From: Patescibacteria group bacterium
GTDB taxonomy: Bacteria; Patescibacteriota; Minisyncoccia; Phycocordibacterales; Phycocordibacteraceae
Direction of reading: 5' to 3'
Length of the DNA stretch: 64,000 bases
Assembly: GCA_038064595.1 (NCBI GenBank)
Contig: JBBTSV010000003.1
Coordinates: forward strand, 41,150-105,149
The notes below the pieces were generated by a model. It made no database searches. It was not told the DNA's origin and was given only the letters and a program-made list of their open reading frames with translations. A program made the translations under genes and the position numbers. Shown one piece after another: positions 1-10,045 of this stretch (within the stretch, counting starts at the first letter, position 1; the number at the start of each line of letters is the position of its first letter).

Positions 1-457
1 AAGCGAGTGCAGTGACGCCAATTGCAATCGCGTCAAGCTCATCATCGAGCCGCTTCCTCTTGGGTAGAGTGAGAAGACGTGGGATCATGGCCCCAACCGC
101 CCCTTTAGAAGATCCACCATAACCTGTCACAGCCACCTTCACTTGTTGTGGTGAGCACTCAATAATAGGAATGCGAGCGAGTCCTGCGGCGGCAAGAATT
201 GCCCCACGCGCCTCAGCAACGCTGATTGCAGTTTTTACATTCTTACTAAAGAAGAGTGTTTCGAGGGCGAGAACGTCTGGTGAGTAGGTAGTGATTACGT
301 CAGTTATTGCACGCGAAACACAAGCAAGACGTTCTTCACGTAACCCTTTCGCGGGCATCACACACACGCTCATAAGGAGGGTGGGGCGCGACGGATCTCC
401 CTCAAGGACAGCGATACCAAGACGGTCGTAGCCCGGGTCAATCGCCAGAACTTTCAT
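1..457 (-). CDS. ruvC: crossover junction endodeoxyribonuclease RuvC (C-terminus runs off the window edge)
   Basis: Reverse-strand translation begins MKVLAIDPGYDRLGIAVLEGD, a RuvC-like N-terminus, with ATG at 457-455. It lies downstream of yebC and ruvB in the conserved order. Confidence 0.7.
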   Translation of the reverse strand, partial: MKVLAIDPGYDRLGIAVLEGDPSRPTLLMSVCVMPAKGLREERLACVSRAITDVITTYSPDVLALETLFFSKNVKTAISVAEARGAILAAAGLARIPIIECSPQQVKVAVTGYGGSSKGAVGAMIPRLLTLPKRKRLDDELDAIAIGVTALA

Positions 458-992
458 AGCCACGTGCGTTGGTGAAAACTTCCTGGACGTCTTCATGTTC
501 ATCGAGTGCTTCGAGAACTACCTCCAGCTTCTCGTCATCTTCTCTGGCGACATCAATCAACGGTTCGTTCGGGACATACGCGGCACCAGCCTTCGTAAAC
601 GCCCAACTGGCTGCGCCCGGGGCGGAGAGTTCGAGACCCTGAAGGACCAAAAGATGTTTTATTTCTTGCGTCGTACGGTTTTTATTGTCCGTGAGCGCCT
701 CAGCAATAATAGCAACCCCTCCCGGACCATACACCTCATACACCACTTGTTCGAGGCCACCAGAATCTTTTGACGCGCCCTTAGCTACAGCGCGTTCAAT
801 GTTGTCCTTCGGCATATTGGCTGCCTTGGCGCGCGCAATAGCGACAGAAAGACCAGGTGCAGAAAGAACACCATTTGCCTTCTTTGACTCCATCGCGATA
901 CGTCGCGCAAAGCGCGAGAAGACGCGACTCCGGGCGGAATCGGTCACCGCTTTCTGCCGCTTAATCTGCGACCACTTACTGTGTCCGGACAT
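438..992 (-). CDS. yebC: YebC/PmpR family DNA-binding regulator
   Basis: ORF protein starts MSGHSKWSQIKRQKA, the YebC signature N-terminus. It sits between ruvB and ruvC. Confidence 0.8.
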   Translation of the reverse strand: MSGHSKWSQIKRQKAVTDSARSRVFSRFARRIAMESKKANGVLSAPGLSVAIARAKAANMPKDNIERAVAKGASKDSGGLEQVVYEVYGPGGVAIIAEALTDNKNRTTQEIKHLLVLQGLELSAPGAASWAFTKAGAAYVPNEPLIDVAREDDEKLEVVLEALDEHEDVQEVFTNARGYESSGD

Positions 993-994
993 GA

Positions 995-1996
995 TTAAAA
1001 AATACCACCCGACACACCACCACCCAAATAGTCGCGGCCTTTTTGGGTCAGGATGCGGCCGCGCGGAGATCGCTCGATGAAGCCGAGGCGAAGGAGATAC
1101 GGCTCATAGACATGTTCGACCGTGTCGCTATTCTCGTGGAGCGCGGCTGCCAAGGCCCCCACCCCTGCCGGACCACCCCGAAAACTCTTGAGGAGGGTTT
1201 CAAGGTAACGGCGGTCATCTTTCGTGAGTCCATATATGTCGATACCAAAGAGCTCACACGCCTCGTCGCAGAGCTCGGCCGAGAGAGGGCGCTCATGTAC
1301 TTCGGAGAAGTCACGAACACGTTTAAGAAGCGCGTTTGCGACACGGGGTGTCGCTCTACTTCTCTTTGCAATACGTTCAATCACCTCCTCGGGCGCCAAA
1401 AGACCAAGAAGCTCTGCTGAACGGCGGATAATGTCGCGCAAATCGCTGTCGTTATAAAAATCGAGCTGATAGATGCCGCCACCAAAACGTGAACGGAGTG
1501 GCCCGGAGAGCTCCGCAACACGAGTTGTGGCGCCCACAAGAGTAAAAGAGGGGAGGGAGAGTTCAACAGTCCGTGCCGAAGGTCCTTTCCCGAGCACAAT
1601 GTCGAGGTGCCCCGACTCAAGGGCGGGGTAGAGGAGCTCTTCAATCTTGCGAGAGAGACGGTGTATCTCATCGATAAAAAGAACAGTATTGGGGTCGAGG
1701 TTAGTGAGAATCGCCGCGAGATCCCCCGCACGCTCAATAGCGACCCCTGACGTGCTCTTAAGAGGCGCTTCGAGAGTTGCGGCCACGAGGTGGGCGAGGG
1801 TTGTCTTGCCGACCCCCGGGGGTCCATAAAAGAGAATGTGTTCAGGCATTCCCCCGCGCTTTTTGGCGGCATCGATGGCGATGCGCACATTCGCTTTTAC
1901 CTGTTCTTGGCCGACATACTCATCCCAGTTCGCTGGCCGCAGCGCCGCATCAAGCGATCTGGAGAGAGGGAGCGCGACGTCAGCAAGGGTTGACAT
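995..1996 (-). CDS. ruvB: Holliday junction branch migration helicase RuvB
   Basis: Walker A GPPGVGKTTLA and the RuvB-like N-terminal region are present; 333 aa. Confidence 0.95.
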   Translation of the reverse strand: MSTLADVALPLSRSLDAALRPANWDEYVGQEQVKANVRIAIDAAKKRGGMPEHILFYGPPGVGKTTLAHLVAATLEAPLKSTSGVAIERAGDLAAILTNLDPNTVLFIDEIHRLSRKIEELLYPALESGHLDIVLGKGPSARTVELSLPSFTLVGATTRVAELSGPLRSRFGGGIYQLDFYNDSDLRDIIRRSAELLGLLAPEEVIERIAKRSRATPRVANALLKRVRDFSEVHERPLSAELCDEACELFGIDIYGLTKDDRRYLETLLKSFRGGPAGVGALAAALHENSDTVEHVYEPYLLRLGFIERSPRGRILTQKGRDYLGGGVSGGIF

Positions 1997-2283
1997 ATAA
2001 ATGGTATAATGCTAGCATTGTAGCACAGTTTGTTGATCCTGTTCATACTCCTCTAGGCAAGGCTTGACGGCTTCGGGCGTTTCCCCAAGGACTTTCTGGT
2101 CCCCAACTTCGGTTGTGCACTGGGAAAATCCTCAGGTGTCTCGTCCACCCCGCATTTATGCGGGTTTTGCCTGGGGGATTATGGACGGGATTTTGTTTTT
2201 ATATCCACCTGTCACTGTGGTGAGAAAGGAGGTACTCCTGTAGTATCGAGCCAGGCAATTTTGCCGACACCCAGGAGACGGAA

Positions 2284-2889
2284 ATGACACGCATTTTGAA
2301 GATCCTGGCGTTGGCCATGATCTTTGTGGCGACAGACGCACACGCGCAGGTCAACGACTTGGCGGCGCGCGCCGCAGCGGCGCGCGTCAATATCGGGCAG
2401 ATCGAGAGCGTTTCAACCCCAAGAATGAACCTCTCCTACAACAATTTCTGCCAGACGGTAGATGTGATGGCATTTCAATCATCACGTCACAAGGGAGGCG
2501 ACCGAAACGGAGGTCTCAACCAAGAGAACAAGGGGGTGGGGATACGGTGTAGTGCGGGGGAAAACGCAGTATCGTCTGCACTCATCGGCGGGCTTGAAAA
2601 CTCGCAGCGCGGCAGCGCATTCTTCGCAGGGTACGGATTCACCCTCCGGACCCCAGAGCTTGTGCGAGGTCTGCGGGCCTACGCGGGCATCGACGCACTC
2701 TACGTGATCTACGAGTGGCCAAGCCACCGTGAGACGGTCGTCCGCGTCCTCGATGTGCGCAACGTAGGACTCAACCACGAGTTGCCATACTCGTGGGGAA
2801 GTCTCTCGTACAACCTTGGCTGGTTGAGCAGCACAGGAATTCGGATCAGGTCGTTTGTATGGCGGGTGCCGACCAGATTCTTTCAGTGA
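2284..2889 (+). CDS. secreted hypothetical protein
   Basis: N-terminal signal peptide MTRILKILALAMIFVATDAHAQ. No recognisable family. Confidence 0.45.
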   Translation: MTRILKILALAMIFVATDAHAQVNDLAARAAAARVNIGQIESVSTPRMNLSYNNFCQTVDVMAFQSSRHKGGDRNGGLNQENKGVGIRCSAGENAVSSALIGGLENSQRGSAFFAGYGFTLRTPELVRGLRAYAGIDALYVIYEWPSHRETVVRVLDVRNVGLNHELPYSWGSLSYNLGWLSSTGIRIRSFVWRVPTRFFQ

Positions 2890-2918
2890 AGAACGCCGCC
2901 TCCGGGCGGTGTTCGTGT

Positions 2919-4586
2919 TTAACGCGGAAGATCAACAGTGGCGATAACCTCAGAGAGGGAGGTGACGCCAGCAAGTGCTTTGATAATCCCGTCCTGTGCC
3001 ATGGTGGGGTAGCCCTGCTTTGCCGCGACCTTTACAATCTCATTTTCTGGCGGGTTGTCGCGGAGGAACTCAGCAAGCTCATCGTCCATAAAGATCGTCT
3101 CATAGAGCCCAACGCGACCTCTATACCCCGGCTGATCGTCAGTGGAGACCGGCTCCCACACCGTTTCAATCTTTTCGGGGATGAGTGAGCGATCGGTGAG
3201 GGTTGAGAATATTTTTGTTACCAACTCCTTTTCTTCAGGAGTGAGTGGGCGCTCTTTTTTATGCTCCGGGTCGAGCTTGCGTACCAGCCGCTGTGCCATC
3301 GAGACCGTGACGGCCGAGCCAAAAGACTTTGGGTCGACCCCAAGATCGACGAGACGAGGGAAGGTGCCGGCGGCGTTATTGGTGTGGAGCGTCGAGAAGA
3401 CAAAGTGTCCGGTGAGTGCGGCTTGGATGGCAATCCCCGCCGTCTCGCCATCACGAATTTCGCCGACCATGATGATGTCAGGGTCTTGTCGCACAATAGA
3501 CCGGAGCCCTTCGGCGAAGGTGTACTTCTCGCCCGCAACCTGTGTTTGGACAATACCATCAAGGTGATACTCAATCGGATCTTCAATCGTGATGATCTTA
3601 ATCTCTGGGGTGTGTATCTCACGGAGGAAGGAGTAGAGCGTGGTCGTTTTACCGCTCCCCGTTGGACCTGTGGTGAGTAGCATGCCGTTTGGGCGGCGGA
3701 TCTCGGTCTCAAGACGCGCGAGGAGTTTTGCGGGGATGCCGAGGTCTTTATAGGAGACCTTCGTCGCTTCAGGGTCGAGGATACGCATCACGATTGATTC
3801 ACCGTAGTTACCAGGGATGAGGGAGACACGCATCTCGATCTGCTTATCCCCCTTCATCACACTGAAGCGTCCATCCTGGGCCTCTTTGGTGACATTGAGC
3901 TTTACTCCGGCGAGGAGCTTAAAACGTGAGTTGATTTGGCGATAGAGCGCCGGCTCAAAGGAGTCGATAGGGGTCAGCTGACCGTCGATGCGAAGCCGGA
4001 GTGTCGTCGTTGTCTCACTCGGCTCAAAATGGAGGTCGGAGGCGCGTAGCGCAAAGGCTCCCGCCATCACGAGCTCGATGATGCGCGAGACTCTCTCAAG
4101 CGAATTAAGAGCAGTTGCTTTATCAAGCTCCTCTTTCAGTTTTGTTTTACTGGCCCCACCAGCGGTTAGAAGCTCGAGTGTTTCAGTAGTGACGATGAGG
4201 ATCCCGGGCTTGGAGACGGTGGCGAGCGAGAGTTCACGGTACCGTTCGAGCGCCCTCTCGATACTTTTCCTCGATGCGAGCGCGATGGTGGTGGTGTACT
4301 CACGAGCAGCAAGGCTGCTCGTGAGTCTTGTGAGGGCTGGGTTGTTGGGGTTATGGACAGCGAGCGAGAGTTCTTTAGCATTCTTTTCATACGCTACTGC
4401 TTCCGCAGCGCGCGCCTCTTCCTCGGGGATTACGCGGAGCGCATCGCTATCAATCGCTTTGAGCGAGAGATCGACATACGGTATCCCATATTTTTCAGAG
4501 AGGATACGCGCAAGATCCTCCTCCTCGCGTTCGCGGATATGTGCGAGCTTGTCGCCCTCTTTGGTGGTGTCAAACGGTAAATCCAT
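2919..4586 (-). CDS. pilB: type IV pilus / type II secretion assembly ATPase (PilB/GspE family)
   Basis: Walker A GPTGSGKTTTLY and the GspE-like core. The start is chosen at the internal Met MDLPFD (4586) rather than the ORF-track start. Confidence 0.85.
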   Translation of the reverse strand: MDLPFDTTKEGDKLAHIREREEEDLARILSEKYGIPYVDLSLKAIDSDALRVIPEEEARAAEAVAYEKNAKELSLAVHNPNNPALTRLTSSLAAREYTTTIALASRKSIERALERYRELSLATVSKPGILIVTTETLELLTAGGASKTKLKEELDKATALNSLERVSRIIELVMAGAFALRASDLHFEPSETTTTLRLRIDGQLTPIDSFEPALYRQINSRFKLLAGVKLNVTKEAQDGRFSVMKGDKQIEMRVSLIPGNYGESIVMRILDPEATKVSYKDLGIPAKLLARLETEIRRPNGMLLTTGPTGSGKTTTLYSFLREIHTPEIKIITIEDPIEYHLDGIVQTQVAGEKYTFAEGLRSIVRQDPDIIMVGEIRDGETAGIAIQAALTGHFVFSTLHTNNAAGTFPRLVDLGVDPKSFGSAVTVSMAQRLVRKLDPEHKKERPLTPEEKELVTKIFSTLTDRSLIPEKIETVWEPVSTDDQPGYRGRVGLYETIFMDDELAEFLRDNPPENEIVKVAAKQGYPTMAQDGIIKALAGVTSLSEVIATVDLPR

Positions 4587-4687
4587 AACGGCATCATACC
4601 ACCCTCGAAAAGGGGAGGGGCGGGTGGCTTGACAAGCAGGCCATTTTGATAGTATAATAAATATGTTCAAACTCACAGGAGAATCCC

Positions 4688-5068
4688 ATGAGGACTCTCA
4701 TCGTTCTTTTGATCGCCGCCTTCACGGCGGCCTGCGCGCAGATGCCCAGCTACACGCCGGGGCGCGACGCCCCGGCGCAAGTGAACGCCGGGAAGACCTG
4801 CGTCTTCCCGCTCCAGTGGCAGTGGCTTGCCACGGAGAAACAGTGGGTCTGCGGACCCATTGTCACCGTGGCCCTGCCGCACCTCAGAAATACGTGCACG
4901 AGCGCGGATTTCTGGGGCCCTGGCTTTAGCGGCTCCAGCACCACCTGCCGCGACCACAATGGTGTGGTCGTACTCGAGCGGACGTGCTTTAACCACGCCA
5001 TCGCATGGCGGCGAGGCTTCTCGAGCAGCCACTCGAGCTGCGAGGTCACGGTGCCCAAAAAGCCGTGA
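4688..5068 (+). CDS. putative Cys-rich lipoprotein
   Basis: Signal peptide with lipobox-like TAAC. Small and cysteine-rich. Confidence 0.35.
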   Translation: MRTLIVLLIAAFTAACAQMPSYTPGRDAPAQVNAGKTCVFPLQWQWLATEKQWVCGPIVTVALPHLRNTCTSADFWGPGFSGSSTTCRDHNGVVVLERTCFNHAIAWRRGFSSSHSSCEVTVPKKP

Positions 5069-5138
5069 CCTCGCGAACGTGCGCTCGTTCCCCCCGGGAA
5101 CGAGCGCACTGTTGTTTTCAGCGGTACAATACAGGCCT

Positions 5139-5576
5139 ATGGTGGTGACGATTCATACCCTCGATGAGCTCGCCGCCGAGGCGGCGCGTTTTGTTGCGAC
5201 GCTCTCTCCGGGAGCCGGCGCGACCCTCGTCACCCTCTCAGGCGAGCTCGGGACCGGCAAGACCGCCTTCACCAAGGCGGTCGCCAAAGTGTTGGGCATT
5301 GAAGATATCGTCAACAGCCCCACCTTCGTCCTCGAAAAGATCTACCTACTTGGGGGTCCAACCCCCAAGTACGCGCGACTGGTGCATATTGATGCGTATC
5401 GGCTCGAGAAAGGGAGTGATCTCGCGCCCCTCGGTTTTGACGAGCTCATGCAGGAGCCGAACAACCTCATTTTTCTTGAGTGGCCGGAGCGCGTTACTGA
5501 CGCACTTCCTGTGCCAGCGGCAAAGCTCCTTCTAAAGTTACTTCCCGACGGCTCACGCACCATTTCTTATGACTAA
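5139..5576 (+). CDS. tsaE: tRNA threonylcarbamoyladenosine biosynthesis ATPase TsaE
   Basis: P-loop GELGTGKTAFTKAV and the YjeE-like N-terminus MVVTIHTLDEL. The internal ATG at 5139 is in frame. Confidence 0.7.
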   Translation: MVVTIHTLDELAAEAARFVATLSPGAGATLVTLSGELGTGKTAFTKAVAKVLGIEDIVNSPTFVLEKIYLLGGPTPKYARLVHIDAYRLEKGSDLAPLGFDELMQEPNNLIFLEWPERVTDALPVPAAKLLLKLLPDGSRTISYD

Positions 5577-7965
5577 AAAATCTGACAAGAAGCGGATTGT
5601 ACTTCTCGATAGTCACGCGATTATTCATCGCGCCTATCACGCACTCTTTGCCGCTGAATTGACGGGACCAGACGGCGCTCCTACCGGCGCACTCTACGGA
5701 CTCGTCTCAATGCTCCTGAAGATTGTGACTGACTTGAAGCCTGACTACATCGCGGCCTGCTTCGACCTCGCGGGCCCCACCATCCGCCACGAGGCGTATG
5801 CCGACTACAAGGGCACCCGCGCCAAGACCGACGACGCGCTCTCGCAGCAGATTGATGCGTCACGCAAAGTCTTTGAAGCGTTCTCGATCCCACTCTACGA
5901 GAAAGAGGGGTATGAGGCCGACGACCTTCTCGGTACTATTGCGCATGAGGTGAAGAAGAGTGCCGACGTGATCATCGCCTCCGGCGACATGGACACTCTG
6001 CAGCTCGTCGACGACGCGCGAGTGAGAGTCTATATGCCCAAGAAGAGCATTAACGACACGATGCTCTACGATGAAAAGGCGGTGATTGAGCGCTTTGGCT
6101 TTGGCCCCGCGCTCATCCCAGACTATAAGGGGCTCCGCGGCGACCCCTCCGACAACATCAAAGGCGTGCCCGGCATTGGAGAGAAGACGGCGACCGAACT
6201 CATCACCGCCTTCGGCTCTCTTGAGAAAATCTACGCCACCTTGAAAAAGAAAAACGGTGAGGATGTGTTTCTTGAGAAGGGGATCAAAGCCCGTATAATT
6301 GGGCTCCTTAAGGAGTATGAAGAGGATGCGCGCTTCTCGAAGGCGCTTGCCACTATCCGTCTCGACGCTCCTATCGCGTTCTCGCTTCCTGAAAAACCGT
6401 GGGGAGAAAATGTTGACGCGAGCCGGGTGCTCGCCCTGTGTGACGATCTCGGCTTTCGCACCTTGCGCGAGCGAGTTAAGACGGTACTCAAAAAAGAAAC
6501 CCCGTTTTTCAATGACGCTGATTTTGAAGGCGAACCAGAGCCTGCTCCTGAAGACGTTGACCCGCAACTCTTTGCCGAAGCACAGGTGATGCTCTGGCTC
6601 ATCTCGTCAGAATTTACCAACCCCTCCCTCGATGATGTCCTCGCCTTTACTAAAGAGCGCGCCCTCCCGGCAGCACACACCGTGCTTGTTGCTGAAATCA
6701 AAAAACTCGGACGGGTCGAGGAAGTGTACGAGAACATAGAGAAGCCACTGATACCGATCGTGCGCGAGATGGGCGCCCATGGCGTGAAGATTGATAAAGA
6801 AGTGCTCGCCGATCTTGCAAAGAAATACAATGCCGAGCTCCACGAGATAGAACAGAAGATATACAAAGCGGCGGGACGCGAATTCAACGTCAGCTCGCCG
6901 AAGCAGCTCGGCGAGGTGCTCTTCGACGAACTGAAGATTATTCCTGATAAACAAAAAAAGACCGCAGGTGGCCAGCGATCCACGCGCGAGAGCGAGCTCG
7001 AGAAGATTAAAGACGAGCACCCCATTGTCGCCGACATTCTTGAGTACCGCGAGCTGAAGAAGCTCCTCGGCACCTATATCGAGAACCTCCCCCTGATGCT
7101 CGATAGCGACGACCGGCTCCACGCGGAGTTTCTCCAGACGGGCGCCGTCACCGGGCGCATGGCGTCACAGAATCCGGGGATGCAGAATATTCCACTGCGC
7201 ACTGAACGCGGACGCGCGATTCGTCACGCGTTTATCGCGAGCGAGGGCTACACCCTACTAGGCCTCGACTATTCACAGATCGAGCTGCGCATCGCTGCTA
7301 TTCTCTCCGGCGACGAAAAGCTCTGTGCGATATTTAAAAATGGGCGCGACGTGCACCAAGAAGTGGCGGCACAGGTGTTTGGGGTCGTGCCAGAACAGGT
7401 GTACGCCGAGATGCGCCGGCGCGCCAAGATTATCAACTTCGGCATCCTCTACGGGATGGGCGTCAACGCGCTGCGCTCTCAGCTCGGCTCCACCACCGCC
7501 GAGGCGCACCAATTCCTCGATGACTACTTCGCCACGTTCAAGACACTCGCGGAATACCTGGAGAGTACTAAAGGCTTTGCACGCAAGCACGGTTACACCG
7601 AGACCTTGTTTGGCCGCCGCCGTCAGTTCCCCGAGATGAAGTCGAGTCTCCCGTATGTGCGGGCGCAGGCAGAGCGGATGGCGATTAATGCGCCGATTCA
7701 GGGCACCCAAGCTGACATCATCAAGCTCGCGATGGTGCGGATCGACGATCTCTTGAGAAAAGAAGGGAAGCAGGATGACGCGCATCTGCTGCTGCAAGTG
7801 CACGATGAGCTCGTGTATGAGATCCGCACTGAAGAAGTGGCAGAACTGGGTGCGAAGATAAAACAGATTATGGAGTCGGTGTTGCCCATGAGCGAGACGC
7901 GCGGGGTGCCTATTACCGCAACGATGAAAGCAGGGAAGGATTGGGGAAGCATGCAGCCACTATGA
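5569..7965 (+). CDS. polA: DNA polymerase I
   Basis: 5'-3' exonuclease N-terminal domain and the family A polymerase motifs DYSQIELR and QVHDELV. Confidence 0.95.
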   Translation: MTKKSDKKRIVLLDSHAIIHRAYHALFAAELTGPDGAPTGALYGLVSMLLKIVTDLKPDYIAACFDLAGPTIRHEAYADYKGTRAKTDDALSQQIDASRKVFEAFSIPLYEKEGYEADDLLGTIAHEVKKSADVIIASGDMDTLQLVDDARVRVYMPKKSINDTMLYDEKAVIERFGFGPALIPDYKGLRGDPSDNIKGVPGIGEKTATELITAFGSLEKIYATLKKKNGEDVFLEKGIKARIIGLLKEYEEDARFSKALATIRLDAPIAFSLPEKPWGENVDASRVLALCDDLGFRTLRERVKTVLKKETPFFNDADFEGEPEPAPEDVDPQLFAEAQVMLWLISSEFTNPSLDDVLAFTKERALPAAHTVLVAEIKKLGRVEEVYENIEKPLIPIVREMGAHGVKIDKEVLADLAKKYNAELHEIEQKIYKAAGREFNVSSPKQLGEVLFDELKIIPDKQKKTAGGQRSTRESELEKIKDEHPIVADILEYRELKKLLGTYIENLPLMLDSDDRLHAEFLQTGAVTGRMASQNPGMQNIPLRTERGRAIRHAFIASEGYTLLGLDYSQIELRIAAILSGDEKLCAIFKNGRDVHQEVAAQVFGVVPEQVYAEMRRRAKIINFGILYGMGVNALRSQLGSTTAEAHQFLDDYFATFKTLAEYLESTKGFARKHGYTETLFGRRRQFPEMKSSLPYVRAQAERMAINAPIQGTQADIIKLAMVRIDDLLRKEGKQDDAHLLLQVHDELVYEIRTEEVAELGAKIKQIMESVLPMSETRGVPITATMKAGKDWGSMQPL

Positions 7966-8648
7966 TCTACCTCTTTCACGGGTCTGATATCGAGAAAACG
8001 CGGCGCAAGGCCTTCGAGTGGGTCGAGGCCGCTCGCGCGAAGGAGCCAAACCTAGTGTACGTGCGTCTTGCGCGTGAGGAGCTCACCGCGGCAGCTCTTC
8101 TCGACGTGGCGAGCGCGGGCGGGCTCTTCGTCTCGCGGCTTCTTGTCCTCCTCGACGACCCGTTCCCGAGCGCACGTGTTGCGAGCGACGATGACGAAGA
8201 AGAGACCGTGAGCGCAAGTGTTCTTGAAGACGCACTCGAGAGCCTCGCCGCCTCTAACAACGTCATCCTCATCCTCGCGCCCAAGCTCGCGACAGCAAAA
8301 GTGAAGAAGATAAGCGCACTCGCGAAGCATGTCTATGTATATGAAAAAGCTGCCGCGCGCGAAGACGCGCGCGGATTTAACTCTGGTCTCGTGAACGCGC
8401 TTGCCGCGCGAGCGAGCGAGAAGCTCTGGCTCGAGATTATGCGCGCAACGCGCGCGGGCGACGCTCCCGAAATGCTCCACGGACTCCTGCACTGGAAGGC
8501 GCGCGATCTTATGGAGAAGGGCGGACGCGCATGGAAGCCAGAAGAGTCACGCCGGCTCTCACTGGATCTCATCGAGCTCCTTCAATCTTCGCGTCGTGGC
8601 GGCCTCCCGCTCGACCTCGCGCTCGAGAAATTCGCTCTCTCATTGTAA
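7962..8648 (+). CDS. holA: DNA polymerase III delta subunit-like protein
   Basis: N-terminus MIYLFHGSD resembles HolA. The start overlaps the polA stop in an ATGA arrangement. Confidence 0.45.
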   Translation: MIYLFHGSDIEKTRRKAFEWVEAARAKEPNLVYVRLAREELTAAALLDVASAGGLFVSRLLVLLDDPFPSARVASDDDEEETVSASVLEDALESLAASNNVILILAPKLATAKVKKISALAKHVYVYEKAAAREDARGFNSGLVNALAARASEKLWLEIMRATRAGDAPEMLHGLLHWKARDLMEKGGRAWKPEESRRLSLDLIELLQSSRRGGLPLDLALEKFALSL

Positions 8649-8657
8649 TATCTACGT

Positions 8658-9047
8658 ATGAAAGAATTTGAAGATAAGATACGAGAGCATCTTGTAGAAA
8701 GAAAATGGGATAAGTTGCGTCCCGCAGATCTTGCCAAATCGGTATCAATAGAAGCAGCAGAGTTGCTTGAAATTTTTCAATGGACAAGCCAGACACTCGA
8801 TGAAGTAAAAGCAGATACTGCAAAAATAGACGCAATTAAAAAAGAGCTCGCTGATGTGCTCATTTACTGCTTTGATATTAGCGTACTTCTGGAGTTAGAT
8901 ACTGAAAAAATTCTTCTTGAAAAACTTGAGAAGGTAAAGCAAAAATACCCCGCACACCTCTTCAACATCAGAGATGACAACGCCGACGCAGGCTCAGAAG
9001 AAATTTATTGGAAAATCAAAAAGGAACACCGAATGAAGGGGGAATAA
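8658..9047 (+). CDS. MazG-like nucleotide pyrophosphohydrolase
   Basis: EELLE...ELADVLIY helical NTP-PPase motif pattern. The gene lies in an AT-rich segment. Confidence 0.55.
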   Translation: MKEFEDKIREHLVERKWDKLRPADLAKSVSIEAAELLEIFQWTSQTLDEVKADTAKIDAIKKELADVLIYCFDISVLLELDTEKILLEKLEKVKQKYPAHLFNIRDDNADAGSEEIYWKIKKEHRMKGE

Positions 9048-9141
9048 CTGCAGGCCGTCTAATCCTGAACCTGGGTGTGGTAGTATATTAAGGGAGTCGT
9101 CGAAAAACAGAACAGATGGTACTGTGCGGTTAGAAAATAAC

Positions 9142-9213
9142 GCGCCCGTAGCTCAGCGGTAGAGCAGCAGACTTTTAATCTGTTGGTCGATGGTTCGATC
9201 CCATCCGGGCGCA
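9142..9213 (+). tRNA. tRNA-Lys (anticodon TTT)
   Basis: Cloverleaf with acceptor GCGCCCG/CGGGCGC, anticodon loop CTTTTAA and T-loop GGTTCGATCC. Confidence 0.85.
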
Positions 9214-9214
9214 C

Positions 9215-10045
9215 ATGATGAATTTCAAAGAGCGCTGCCTTGCTTTACGGAAGAAGGGGTACAGCATCACTGAAATCATGAGAGTGACTGGCAGGGCAAA
9301 AAGCTCCATCTATCTGCACGTAAAAGATATTCCACTCAGTGCAAAACGTATACAACAATATCGAATCGATTCAGGCAAAAGAATTAGAAAATATGCACTT
9401 GCTCGAAAAGGGAGAAGTGTTCGACCCGTCCGCCCGTTCACTGCATGGTCTGCCGACAGAGTGCTGCTTATCGCACACTTTCTTTTTGATGGAGAAATTT
9501 CAAGAGTGAGGTGCGCGTATAACAATCGTAGTGAAGCGCTTATTACACGCGTCGAAAGGCTGATGCGGGCAGAGTATGATTTCGAACCAAAACGATACCA
9601 AAACCCCCTCACAGGGGTATTCCGGATCAGTTATCACAATGTAGTTCTTGGTGCCTATATACAGAAAAAGTCCATAGAATTACTAAGGAGCATTAAGGGA
9701 ATGCCGCTCGATTTCAAGCGAGAGTTTGTGCGAGCATTTTTTGATGACGAGGGTTGTATGGATTTCCGGCCTAAAACAAACCACCGAAGGGTCCGAGGGT
9801 ACCAAAAAGAAGTTCACGTTCTGAAGATTGTTCGCGAACTGCTCGAGGAGTTTTCTATTGATTCGCATATTGAAATGCCAAATGAGGTCGTGATAGTAGG
9901 AAAAGATAATCTCCAACGCTTTGAACAGGAGATCAACTTTTCACCAGGGGTGTATATGAACGGTAATCGCTCAAATAGCCGATGGAAAAAGCATATGGAA
10001 AAAAGAGTACTGCTCAGGAGGGCTATAGAGTCCTTTAAGAGTTAG
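9215..10045 (+). CDS. LAGLIDADG-family homing endonuclease (double motif)
   Basis: Motifs LLIAHFLFDGEI and FVRAFFDDEGCM. AT-rich. The ATG lies 2 nt after the tRNA-Lys 3' end. Confidence 0.7.
   Translation: MMNFKERCLALRKKGYSITEIMRVTGRAKSSIYLHVKDIPLSAKRIQQYRIDSGKRIRKYALARKGRSVRPVRPFTAWSADRVLLIAHFLFDGEISRVRCAYNNRSEALITRVERLMRAEYDFEPKRYQNPLTGVFRISYHNVVLGAYIQKKSIELLRSIKGMPLDFKREFVRAFFDDEGCMDFRPKTNHRRVRGYQKEVHVLKIVRELLEEFSIDSHIEMPNEVVIVGKDNLQRFEQEINFSPGVYMNGNRSNSRWKKHMEKRVLLRRAIESFKS

Noticed and set aside
4827-5138. N-terminal 104 codons of the ORF-track model for tsaE
   Set aside because: The Pro/Ala/Arg-rich extension overlaps the lipoprotein ORF and has no homology support. TsaE homology begins at the internal ATG at 5139.
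6231-7073. 280-aa minus-strand ORF inside polA (and similar antisense ORFs at 5860-6567, 35817-36848, 46520-47604, 14908-15429 and 30262-31026)
   Set aside because: These are frame shadows of confirmed genes on the opposite strand; they are Ser/Arg-rich with no motifs.
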